From positions 1-59,970 of the IMG/VR virus record IMGVR_UViG_3300030101_003657: a stretch of 59,970 nt of DNA; one strand, written 5' to 3'. The translations under genes were made by a program, and so were the position numbers. Every line of letters begins with the position of its first letter. Position 1 is the first letter of the stretch. This DNA comes from a virus. Its lineage: Duplodnaviria; Caudoviricetes. Shown piece by piece: positions 28,673 to 38,386 of the stretch. The notes beneath the pieces were generated by a model that worked only from the letters and a program-made list of their open reading frames with translations, was not told the origin of the DNA and searched no databases.

Positions 28673-29821
28673 ATGGCATTAATAAACGAAACAAACGCAC
28701 AATATTATTCTGGACAACAAACTTTTGAAAGCATATCTAGCGTTGTTAATCCAACTTTATCTTGCACTTTTAATACTCAATTAGTTAGTGCTTTTGATAG
28801 CAGTGGAAACCAAATAGGTAGTTTATCTAATTATACCGTTTACTTAGACGGTGTTGGTGTTAGCGAGAGCAGCTCTTTTATAAGAGAAGGAAATACAATT
28901 GAATTAATTGGAACTTATACAGCTTCTAGTGTTTACGTTCAGCTAAAGAATTTTGCTATAGAAGACAATTATGGAGGATATTCTTATACAAAGCTAGACA
29001 ATATTGTTGGTAATTTTATGATAGCATACGTTGGAGACGGTAAATTAATACCATCAGCTAAAAGAACTGACGTAATATTTCATGCTAAAAGAGGTTTGCA
29101 AGAGTTTTCTTACGATACTTTAAAATCAATAAAATCTCAAGAGTTAACAATACCACCTAGTTTATCAATACCTATACCTCAAGACTATGTAAATTATGTT
29201 AGATTATCTTACATAGATGATAACGGTGTAAAAAGAATAATATATCCAGTAAATAATTTAACTACCTCACCTACGGAGTTACCAATACAGGACGCAGATG
29301 GCATACCTACTCAAAACTCGTTTGGAGAAAACAATGAAGCCGAACAGTCAATAACAGAAGAAAGATGGAACAAAGAAACACAAAACAACATAACAGGTGA
29401 AATTGACGACAACGAAACTAATGTTTACGATTGGTCATGGTGGAAATTAAACTTTGGTCAAAGATATGGTTTAGAACCTCAAGTTTCACAGAAAAATGGA
29501 TGGTTTCAAATAAACGAAAGGACAGGTTGTTTTACATTTTCTAGTGGTTTAGTTAATCAGTTGATAGTGTTAGAATATATATCGGATGGATTAGCTTATG
29601 ATATGGATTCTAAGGTACCTAAGATGGCAGAGGAAGCGTTGTATGCACATATTAATTATTCTATACTATCAACACGTGTTAACATACCAGAGTATATAGT
29701 TCAAAGATATAAAAAAGAAAGATCGGCAAAACTTAGAAATGCTAAAATAAGATTATCTAATATTAAAATAAGTGAAATAGCTCAGGTTTTTAGAGGTAAA
29801 TCAAAATGGCTTAAATTTTAA
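28673..29821 (+). CDS. Tail ring/adaptor protein, type B paralog 2
   Basis: VIFHAKRGLQEFSYDTLKS and PKMAEEALY. Confidence 0.6.
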   Translation: MALINETNAQYYSGQQTFESISSVVNPTLSCTFNTQLVSAFDSSGNQIGSLSNYTVYLDGVGVSESSSFIREGNTIELIGTYTASSVYVQLKNFAIEDNYGGYSYTKLDNIVGNFMIAYVGDGKLIPSAKRTDVIFHAKRGLQEFSYDTLKSIKSQELTIPPSLSIPIPQDYVNYVRLSYIDDNGVKRIIYPVNNLTTSPTELPIQDADGIPTQNSFGENNEAEQSITEERWNKETQNNITGEIDDNETNVYDWSWWKLNFGQRYGLEPQVSQKNGWFQINERTGCFTFSSGLVNQLIVLEYISDGLAYDMDSKVPKMAEEALYAHINYSILSTRVNIPEYIVQRYKKERSAKLRNAKIRLSNIKISEIAQVFRGKSKWLKF

Positions 29822-29823
29822 AT

Positions 29824-32800
29824 ATGGCAGAAGTTAAAAATACTTTTATAAAATCTAGAATGAACAAGGACCTAGATGATAGGTTGTTATCTAAAGATGA
29901 GTATAGAGAAGCTTATAATGTTAATGTAAGCAAGTCTGAAGGTGAAGACGTTGGTTCCCTAGAAAATGTACTAGGTAATGTATCACTATCTAACTTTGGT
30001 ATTAGTTCCACAGAAAGAGTACAAGTAACTGGTTTTTACTCAGATGACACTAATAGAAGAATTTATCTCACGGCGACAAACTATACAGACACCTCTTCCG
30101 ACAGTTTATCAAACCCAGCACCATACAACTCTCTTCATTACATTTTAATGGCAGATCTAAATAGTGTTCCTACTTATAATATTTTAGTTCAAGGAAGGTT
30201 TTTGAATTTTTCAAAAACTCATCCAGTGGTTGGTATAGATCTTATAGAAGATCTATTATTCTTTACAGATAACAGAAATCAACCTAGAAAAATAAATGTA
30301 AAAAGAGCTATTGAAGACTCTTCTTACTACGATAACGAAGAGAATATATCTGTAGCTAAATATAATCCATACAAAGCACCATCTTTTTTAAAAAGCGTTG
30401 AATTAACAGTATACGAACCATCACGCGCTGGTGAAGATGCTGAATGGCGTATATATAACTATAGAGAAGATACTCCTAGTTTAGACTGGGATGATGTTGA
30501 CTGTAGGCAAGACTTTGTTACTGAGTTAAGAGTTCCACAAAGTGTTTATAACGAATTAGAAATAGGTATGATTCTTGATAGGACTGTATCTAATTTCGAT
30601 AACAATCAATTCGAATTAAACCCTATTGACACTAATCAACCTAACTCTTTAATAGCATACACTTTTCCACCATACGAGCAAAGTGTGTTAGATTACGAAT
30701 TCTATATTAGAGAAAAATTAACTAGAGTTATAGATAACCAGTTAAAATATTGCATAAGGTTAAATGGTGTTTTATTTGATTGGAGAAATAATCAATTAAG
30801 ATGGTGGAACGGGGAAGTTAATTTAAGATTTTTACAAACAGGTTTAATAGATAGATCTAGTAAACTACTTCCACCATCATTAACAGCTAGGGTAAAGTCT
30901 GTTGATTATAGTACCAGCGAAATGGAATTAATAGACTTAAACGGTGAATGGCCCGAAGTAGGCATGCAATTAGGATGTCCAGGTAAAGATAGCCCTGGAT
31001 TCAATATATCAGCTTGGCCTTACACTGTAGATAGTGTTGAAAGATTAGGATTAATTGGTTACGAAATACCAAAAGATCCGCAATCAAATCAAAAAACCTA
31101 CCATCCTAATAATTTATTAACTCAAAAATCTACCACTTGGATTTCTGGTTGGCGGTTTAGTGGAATAAAAAATAGCTATAGATTATATATAGAGCGTGTT
31201 ACCGCTACTCCAAATGTAGGATTAAATCCTTTAACCGATCTTTTTATGGAGCTAGTTCAAGAAGGATTTACTGTTTGGAAAGAAAGCACTAGTGCCACGG
31301 CTATTAATGGATATATTAATATAGGGACAGTAAAATCTATTACACATCCACCAACTAGTTGTGGTAGTGGTGGTGTATCTTGTGATTGGATAGAAGTTGA
31401 GTTTGAAACCTTCCACAATCAAAGTGGGGTTTTTCCCCAGTCCGCAGGTTTAATTTTTAACAACTCTTCAGCTGGTCCCTATACTCCAATAGCTGGTAAT
31501 AAAGGAACTTTATCTGCTCAGTGTAATGTAACCTTTAATGGACTACCTCCAGAGCCAGGTTCTGATCCTGCAGCTAGTTTTATAACCGCTGGCGATGTTA
31601 TACAATTGTCTAATCCAAATCCTAGTTACGATAGTGGTTTTGTAGGTGACAAAGAGTTTTTAAAAGATAAGTTTGTTAGATTTGCATACAGATTTAAATT
31701 TGAAGATGGTGAAAACTCTTTAATTTCACCATTTACTCAAGTTGCTTTTATACCTAAACAAAATGGATATTTTCAAGATTACCCATCGTCAAGTAATCAA
31801 AATGAAATTATAAAGCAAGAAGACGCTGTTGGCGCTTCCACGATAGTTCCATTTATGGAAAACAAGGTTACGGAAGTAAACATGGAAATTGAAATGCCTT
31901 ACTCAGTTGATGAGCTGCAAGATAGATTGAAAGTAAAGCAAATAGATATTTTATACAAAGAGTCAGATGGTTTAGCCGTTAAGATAGTAGAGTCTATAGA
32001 GGTTGATGATCCTGTTATAACTGGTAATTCAACAAAAATTTTTAAATACTCATACAAGTCAACTAAACCCATAAGAACTTTACCTGAAAGTGAAATAACA
32101 AGAGTTAGTGATAAAGTTCCAATAAGAGCAATGACTCAATCTATAGTTGGTAATAGGGTTGTTTATGGTAATTTTATAGATAAACATTCTTCTCCTCAGG
32201 CGTTGAATTATAAAGTAAGCGTAGGTCCAAAGGCTAGCACAATAAAGAGTGCTGAATATAGCATTATTTCAAACTCGGATCCATTATTTGCCAAACCAGG
32301 TGGTGGGTTTTTTAAAGCTAATTTTTCAACAGTTGCTTATCCTAATCACTCTGTTAAACAAAATAGAACATATCAAGTTGGAATTGTACTATCTGACAAG
32401 TATGGTAGACAATCTGATGTAATATTATCTAAAGATTCTCAAGTATCAAAAAAATGGTCTGGACTTGGAATTTTTGGAGATAATACTTTGTATAGTAATT
32501 ATAATTCTTTTTACAACGCTACTGAAGGTTATTTTGATCAAGATGGATCTTGGGGTTTGGATGAATTAAGATTACTATGGGAACAAGTTATACCTGAAAC
32601 AATAAGTGGAGAAGGATCTAATGGTTATCCAGGTATTTACAAACCTGACACTTATACTGTTATTACAGCTGCAAGCGTTACTAATAGTGCTGATATATTT
32701 TTAAAAGAACAAAACTTTAATTATATATCAGTTGGTGACTTAATAAAAATTGGTAGTACTGGACCTGTATTAGCAGTAGTAGCAATAGACAACGCTGCTA

Positions 32801-33846
32801 AAAAAATAACATTGTCTGAACCTGTAATTCTTTCTTTGGCACCTATTGGATTAACTGTTAATGGTACAGGAAATAAACTTGGTTGGTATAGTTATAAAGT
32901 TGTTGTAAAACAAACAGAGCAAGAATATTATAATCTTTATTTAGCTAATGTTAGTTTAGCCTCTGATGAGTCTGCCCTAGTAAATGCTTTTGGAGGTAGT
33001 AATATTCTTTTACAATCAAACAGTTTTTATTCATCATTAATATCAGATAATATAAATAAACTACCACCCGATCTACAAGAAGTACAACCAGAGCAAGCTC
33101 AATTCGGAACAAGTGATGATGTTTTATATCCTAGAGTAGGTTTTAACCCTGACTTAATAGGAACAAGAGACAAATGGAATAAGGTAAGTTCTCAATTTTT
33201 TGAAGGATCAAGGTTTTGCACTGTTAATGGTATTGGTAAAATAACCGACCTAGGGCTACAATCCGTTAAGTTAAATGGTATAAACTTAGGTAGAGTAAAT
33301 GCCATTTCATCTGCATCTGTTCTTGCAAACAGTAGTGGTAGAGTAGTTTACAATTTTCCAACCACAAATGGAAATGGAACAGGTTGTAAAGTTAAGGTAG
33401 GTGTAACTACAGGTAATACTACACCTAATTATGTGGTTGTAACTAACACAGGTAGAGATTACAAATCAGGTGATACTATAACTGTTCCAGCTCACGGGCC
33501 TAGCACGGGTACAGGTTGGGTTGAAGGTCAATCACAATGGAACCAATTTACTTTTGCAGCATCTCAAACAGGTATTAACTCTCCTGTTGGTGAAGATATT
33601 TCACCTAGAACAGCACCTGGTATATTTAATGCTTCTTCAGACCCTAATGCTTTTGCTGTAACATCAGAAGATGGTAAGTTGTTAGGTCAAGATGCTGATT
33701 CAAGAAATATGGTTTTTAGTGCTTTTGAAATAAAACCATTGAATTCTAGTTTAGATATATTTTGGGAAACTTCTACATGTGGTTTAGTAGCTGATCTTAA
33801 TGCTGCTATAGAAAACATGAGTGGTTTTACATTACCTAATGCTTAA
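29824..33846 (+). CDS. Tail stabilization/nozzle protein (beta-propeller type) with large insertions
   Basis: MNKDLDDRL...EYREAYNV...GSLENVLGN N-terminus, LFFTDNRNQPRKIN, FAYRFKFEDGE. Confidence 0.65.
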   Translation: MAEVKNTFIKSRMNKDLDDRLLSKDEYREAYNVNVSKSEGEDVGSLENVLGNVSLSNFGISSTERVQVTGFYSDDTNRRIYLTATNYTDTSSDSLSNPAPYNSLHYILMADLNSVPTYNILVQGRFLNFSKTHPVVGIDLIEDLLFFTDNRNQPRKINVKRAIEDSSYYDNEENISVAKYNPYKAPSFLKSVELTVYEPSRAGEDAEWRIYNYREDTPSLDWDDVDCRQDFVTELRVPQSVYNELEIGMILDRTVSNFDNNQFELNPIDTNQPNSLIAYTFPPYEQSVLDYEFYIREKLTRVIDNQLKYCIRLNGVLFDWRNNQLRWWNGEVNLRFLQTGLIDRSSKLLPPSLTARVKSVDYSTSEMELIDLNGEWPEVGMQLGCPGKDSPGFNISAWPYTVDSVERLGLIGYEIPKDPQSNQKTYHPNNLLTQKSTTWISGWRFSGIKNSYRLYIERVTATPNVGLNPLTDLFMELVQEGFTVWKESTSATAINGYINIGTVKSITHPPTSCGSGGVSCDWIEVEFETFHNQSGVFPQSAGLIFNNSSAGPYTPIAGNKGTLSAQCNVTFNGLPPEPGSDPAASFITAGDVIQLSNPNPSYDSGFVGDKEFLKDKFVRFAYRFKFEDGENSLISPFTQVAFIPKQNGYFQDYPSSSNQNEIIKQEDAVGASTIVPFMENKVTEVNMEIEMPYSVDELQDRLKVKQIDILYKESDGLAVKIVESIEVDDPVITGNSTKIFKYSYKSTKPIRTLPESEITRVSDKVPIRAMTQSIVGNRVVYGNFIDKHSSPQALNYKVSVGPKASTIKSAEYSIISNSDPLFAKPGGGFFKANFSTVAYPNHSVKQNRTYQVGIVLSDKYGRQSDVILSKDSQVSKKWSGLGIFGDNTLYSNYNSFYNATEGYFDQDGSWGLDELRLLWEQVIPETISGEGSNGYPGIYKPDTYTVITAASVTNSADIFLKEQNFNYISVGDLIKIGSTGPVLAVVAIDNAAKKITLSEPVILSLAPIGLTVNGTGNKLGWYSYKVVVKQTEQEYYNLYLANVSLASDESALVNAFGGSNILLQSNSFYSSLISDNINKLPPDLQEVQPEQAQFGTSDDVLYPRVGFNPDLIGTRDKWNKVSSQFFEGSRFCTVNGIGKITDLGLQSVKLNGINLGRVNAISSASVLANSSGRVVYNFPTTNGNGTGCKVKVGVTTGNTTPNYVVVTNTGRDYKSGDTITVPAHGPSTGTGWVEGQSQWNQFTFAASQTGINSPVGEDISPRTAPGIFNASSDPNAFAVTSEDGKLLGQDADSRNMVFSAFEIKPLNSSLDIFWETSTCGLVADLNAAIENMSGFTLPNA

Positions 33847-33868
33847 GTAGTAATTTTAAAAATATAAT

Positions 33869-35887
33869 ATGCCAACTTTAATGAATGTTGATTTTTTCAA
33901 CACTTTTGTTTTAAATAAATTTTCTAGTAGAAATGGGCAAAATGGTACAGCTAACTATTCGGTTCCAAGCATGGGTACTTTAAAGTTTTCCAAGGGGTGT
34001 ACAACTGGTAGCTCTTGGCAAAGACCTATTTTTTCAGGTGGTCAAAATAGAGACCCTTTTGGTAGTACTATAAGTGAGAGATGGTACATAGAAGAGTCTA
34101 GAATAAGAGGTGGTTTTAATAATGTTTCTATAGACCAAGGAGTTAGAGCTTATATTAATGAAGAAAATATATTCCAAGAACAAAGAATAAATACTTTAAT
34201 ATATTCTGGGATTTATAATTCTAGAACAGGCGTTAATAATACTAATGTTTTTTCAGTAGCGGATAGTATAACTAAATCTTTAAATATATCTTACGGTAGT
34301 ATACAAAAAACTTTTTCTGAAGAAACAAACTTAATAGTTTTTCAAGAAAATAAAATACACAGAGCTTTAATAGACAAAGATACTATATATACAACTGAAA
34401 GTGGTACACAAACTCAAGCTGGCAATGCTGTTATAGGTCAGTTTGTTGCTTATAAAGGAGATTATGGAATAAGTAAAAATCCAGAATCTTTTGCAATATA
34501 TAACTATAGAAAGTATTTTACAGACAAAAACCGTAATGCAGTCATGCGATTATCTAATGACGGCTTAACAGAGATAAGTAAATATGGTATGTTAGATTAC
34601 TTTAGAGATAATTTAGCTGAGATAAGTGATGATTTTGAAAACTGGGAAATAGAAACCCAATATGTTAGTGGAGGTAATGTTGGAGATTTAACAGTTGTTT
34701 TAAGTGGAGCTTCAGAGGTTTCTCCTGGCATGAACATTGAAGGTCAACCTGGTTATATAACATATATTGAAACAGTTGCTGGTGGTAAAAAGATTTTTTA
34801 TTCACAACCTTTTATAAGTTTTCTTGGTGTTGGTGCAGGGAGAGTAGGTAGTGTACAATTATCGGTGCCTGGTCATCCTCAATACATTACAGCTCCGGCT
34901 ACTACAACAGCATTAGCAGAGTTAATGGGCGAACCCGAGTTTGGGACTGGATTGACTCTTGATGTAGTTGCTGGAACCCCAGGTAGTCCCGGAGCTATAA
35001 CGTCTGTTAGTGTAGTTAACCCGGGTGTTGGTTACACTACTACCGCACCTGATTCTATAGTAGTCGTAGATTATCAATCTGGAACTCCACCAACTGGATT
35101 TATTGGCACAAGTATCGAGGTTACTTCATTATTACCAAGTGAACCTGTAATAGTAACTTCAAAAGTAAAAGGTAGAATACCAGGTGGATGGGATATACAT
35201 AGTAAAAATTATGTTTTATCTCTTCAAAAAAATCCACTAGAAGTTAGTCAAGATGAAACAACTTACAAAACAATATCATTTGACGAAGATATAAATGGAT
35301 GGGTTAGTTTTTTCAACTACAAACCTGGATTTATGTTTAGTAATTTAAATCAATATTTTAGTACTAACGGAATAAATCTTATGAAGCATTATCACGTTAA
35401 TTCTTCTGATACTTCAAGAGGTGAATTTAATGGTGGGTTATTTACATCAAGCGTTACTTTTGTTTTGAATGCTCAACCAAGTGTAATTAAAAATTTCAAC
35501 ACTGTTTTTTACGAAGGTAGTAATGGTTGGGAAATTGAAAGTTTTGTTTCTAGTAAAACAGGTGTAGACGATGGACAAACTGCAGGGACGAATGTTCAAT
35601 ACAGTGATCAAACTGCTTCTGTGTCAAGTTATAATGAAGGTTCTTATGTTGATCCTAATAGTGGTTATACTTTTAGAGCTGGATTTGATAGAAAAGAAAA
35701 TAGATATGTTTCTAACTTAAAAAATAATTCAACCGTGGCTGAGGGAGAGGTTTTATTCGGTGCTCAAATGAGTGGTATCAAAGGTTATTTTGCTACAGTA
35801 ACGATGAAGACTGATGATACTACAAATGTTGGTGGTTCTAAAGAACTATGGGCCGCTGGATCTAATTACGTAGTATCGTCATATTAA
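33869..35887 (+). CDS. Second tail stabilization/nozzle protein
   Basis: YGSIQK, YGISKNPESFA, YFTDKNR...RLSNDGLTEIS, GWVSFF motifs. Confidence 0.65.
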   Translation: MPTLMNVDFFNTFVLNKFSSRNGQNGTANYSVPSMGTLKFSKGCTTGSSWQRPIFSGGQNRDPFGSTISERWYIEESRIRGGFNNVSIDQGVRAYINEENIFQEQRINTLIYSGIYNSRTGVNNTNVFSVADSITKSLNISYGSIQKTFSEETNLIVFQENKIHRALIDKDTIYTTESGTQTQAGNAVIGQFVAYKGDYGISKNPESFAIYNYRKYFTDKNRNAVMRLSNDGLTEISKYGMLDYFRDNLAEISDDFENWEIETQYVSGGNVGDLTVVLSGASEVSPGMNIEGQPGYITYIETVAGGKKIFYSQPFISFLGVGAGRVGSVQLSVPGHPQYITAPATTTALAELMGEPEFGTGLTLDVVAGTPGSPGAITSVSVVNPGVGYTTTAPDSIVVVDYQSGTPPTGFIGTSIEVTSLLPSEPVIVTSKVKGRIPGGWDIHSKNYVLSLQKNPLEVSQDETTYKTISFDEDINGWVSFFNYKPGFMFSNLNQYFSTNGINLMKHYHVNSSDTSRGEFNGGLFTSSVTFVLNAQPSVIKNFNTVFYEGSNGWEIESFVSSKTGVDDGQTAGTNVQYSDQTASVSSYNEGSYVDPNSGYTFRAGFDRKENRYVSNLKNNSTVAEGEVLFGAQMSGIKGYFATVTMKTDDTTNVGGSKELWAAGSNYVVSSY

Positions 35888-35902
35888 ATTAAATTAAATT
35901 AA

Positions 35903-36325
35903 ATGGAATTAAATATAAGAAGATTACAGAGTAAAGACTGGAAGACTTTATGTGAATGGTGGAAGGAATGGGACTTTGATTTTGTGCCTTCAAAAGATTT
36001 TTTACCTGATAATGGAACTGGTGGACTGATAGTAGAAACAAAAAACGGTGTAGGCATATGTAGTGTTTTCATGTACACAACAAACTCTAAAGTATGTCAG
36101 GTGAACTGGCCTTTGTCTAATATAAAATTTAGAGAAAAGCAAGTAAAGGATAAAGCTTTTAAATTACTTTTTTTAGGGGTTAAAAACATGTGGAAAAAAC
36201 ATCATGGAAAATATTTAATGTTTTATGGAGAAAATAAAACTATTAAGTTTCAAGAAAGATTAGAAGATGCAGGGTTTATTAAAACAGACGACAACACTTA
36301 TTCAGCGTTAATACAAAAAATTTAA
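35903..36325 (+). CDS. GNAT-fold-like protein of the podovirus ejection cluster
   Basis: IRRLQSKDW start, LEDAGF end; position before internal virion genes. Confidence 0.5.
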   Translation: MELNIRRLQSKDWKTLCEWWKEWDFDFVPSKDFLPDNGTGGLIVETKNGVGICSVFMYTTNSKVCQVNWPLSNIKFREKQVKDKAFKLLFLGVKNMWKKHHGKYLMFYGENKTIKFQERLEDAGFIKTDDNTYSALIQKI

Positions 36326-36328
36326 AAT

Positions 36329-36949
36329 ATGAGTAGAAGTAAAAAAGAAGCAGGAGAAGCTGAGGCTGATGGGATATTTGCAGGTTTAAAAACTCTTAGA
36401 CAAGCTGCTAAAGATTCTGTAAATAACAGAGCTGATGAATTAGCAGCTTTAGTAGCTAATAGACAGGATGTTATAAATCCATACGCAAACGTAACTAACA
36501 CTTACGCTGACTTAACTAACCAATTTGCTAACTTAGGTGTTGCCACTCAAGCCGCCGAGTTCCAAGCAGAGCAAGCTGACATAGCTTTAGCCAACACATT
36601 GGACACAATAGCTGCTACAGGTGCTGGCGCAGGTGGAGCTACTGCTTTGGCTCAAGCAGCTTTACAAAGTAAAAGAGGTATATCAGCTAGCCTAGAAAAG
36701 CAAGAGGCTGCAAATCAAAAAGCCGCTGCTAGAGGCGCTGCTAATGTAGATCAACTAAAAGCTCAAGGCGAAAGATCTATGCAAATGGCTAAGGCTCAAG
36801 GTGAAAGATTTGCTTTTCAAATTACTGAAAATAGAGAACAACAAGAAATTGATAGACAATCTAATTTATTAGACCAAGAAAGACAAGCTTTAGAAAACGC
36901 TATGAATGCACAAAATGAAGCTGATATTTACGAATCTCAACAATACTAA
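36329..36949 (+). CDS. Putative internal virion/ejection protein
   Basis: Ala/Gln-rich helical protein with GAGAGGATALAQAA. Confidence 0.55.
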   Translation: MSRSKKEAGEAEADGIFAGLKTLRQAAKDSVNNRADELAALVANRQDVINPYANVTNTYADLTNQFANLGVATQAAEFQAEQADIALANTLDTIAATGAGAGGATALAQAALQSKRGISASLEKQEAANQKAAARGAANVDQLKAQGERSMQMAKAQGERFAFQITENREQQEIDRQSNLLDQERQALENAMNAQNEADIYESQQY

Positions 36950-36950
36950 A

Positions 36951-38384
36951 ATGAGTTACAAAAACCCTGCAAAAGTAATTAAAAACTCACCTACTGGAGG
37001 AGGTTTTTCAAATTCTGTAGCTGTTAGACAGGAAAAAATAAATGAAAGTACAAACAAAAAAAATATATCTTCTCTAATTCAAGGTGGTTTAAATGCTGTT
37101 TTAGCAAAACAAAATGGATTAAACAACCTAAACGAAAAAGTAACAAAGTCTAGTTTAGGAATTTATAACAGAATAGAGTCAGATGGATTTAAAACTGGTT
37201 TTAGTGAGTTTGACAGTAAGATGGAAAATTTACTTTTTAACGCTGTAACTAAGTTTAATAAAATAAAAGGTAGTATAGAAAATGGTACTTCTCAAGACTT
37301 AGAGTTAAGTAAAAGAGGTTTAGGGTCTATAAACAACATGATAGATCAAGCTGGTGATGGTACTAAAAATATTTTAGCTGTTAGTAGAGCTATAAAAGAA
37401 CAAGTTAATACAAATAAGTTAGATGAACAGTTTAGTGTTACTGGAGCGCCTGCACATCAATTAGCTATTATAGAAAAAGCTAGTAACGGTAGTGGAGATA
37501 TAGAAATTTTAGAGGAAAACGATAATATAATATTAATTGACAATAACCCTGGAGACTGGTATATTGAGGATGATTATGGTAATTTAACAAAGGGAACTGG
37601 ACCTGCAAGATTGAACATGTTTGAGTTCAATAGAAGCGTTATGGATAAAAATAATAATTACTTAAAGTACAAAGTAGACCCTACAAAAGTAGAAGAGTCC
37701 GCGTGGAGCGAAATTGTTAAGCAAGATAGTGGTTACAATCCTAACTATGTAACAGATGAAGACGGTAAGTATAGTATGACTGTTGAACAACAAAAAGCTT
37801 TTAAAGATAAAGTAACAGGTTTAGCTAGTTATAAAAAAGATGATAAAGGTTTTTATACTTATCTACCTGGTGACTACAACAACGAATACAATGGTTTTGC
37901 TACATTATTAAGAAAAAGAGGAGAAAGTATATGGGAAGACGAAGGTAACATGCAGGCGATTGTTAAAAGTAAAAATTTAAAATCTCAATGGCCTAAAATA
38001 TTTCCACAACCAGGCACTAAGGAGTTTAACGAGTTTGTAGAAAACCAATACATACCTGCTTTAGAATGGTTAGCTGAAGAAACATTAAGAAAAAATTCTC
38101 AAGATATTAAATTAGATCAACCAGGTGATAATATGTCAAGTAATGAAAATAAAACTACTGGTAGTAAGGAAAATAAAAACAAAAGCCCTTATAAAACTCA
38201 AGAAGAGTTTAACAACGCTTGGAACAATGCTAATCCTGGAGATAAACTAATTGGGCTTGATGGAAAAGAATATACTAAACCTGTGGAACTTGGGGGGTCG
38301 CAAGATCGCACATCCGCTGATGGGCAAACTAGGAGTTTCAATATGATGGAGAAAGAAGCTTTAGGTAAATTGAAAATGAATTAA
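36951..38384 (+). CDS. Putative internal virion/ejection protein (start revised to ATG 36951, MSYKNP)
   Basis: Position; ATG just after the upstream stop. Confidence 0.55.
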   Translation: MSYKNPAKVIKNSPTGGGFSNSVAVRQEKINESTNKKNISSLIQGGLNAVLAKQNGLNNLNEKVTKSSLGIYNRIESDGFKTGFSEFDSKMENLLFNAVTKFNKIKGSIENGTSQDLELSKRGLGSINNMIDQAGDGTKNILAVSRAIKEQVNTNKLDEQFSVTGAPAHQLAIIEKASNGSGDIEILEENDNIILIDNNPGDWYIEDDYGNLTKGTGPARLNMFEFNRSVMDKNNNYLKYKVDPTKVEESAWSEIVKQDSGYNPNYVTDEDGKYSMTVEQQKAFKDKVTGLASYKKDDKGFYTYLPGDYNNEYNGFATLLRKRGESIWEDEGNMQAIVKSKNLKSQWPKIFPQPGTKEFNEFVENQYIPALEWLAEETLRKNSQDIKLDQPGDNMSSNENKTTGSKENKNKSPYKTQEEFNNAWNNANPGDKLIGLDGKEYTKPVELGGSQDRTSADGQTRSFNMMEKEALGKLKMN

Positions 38385-38386
38385 TT

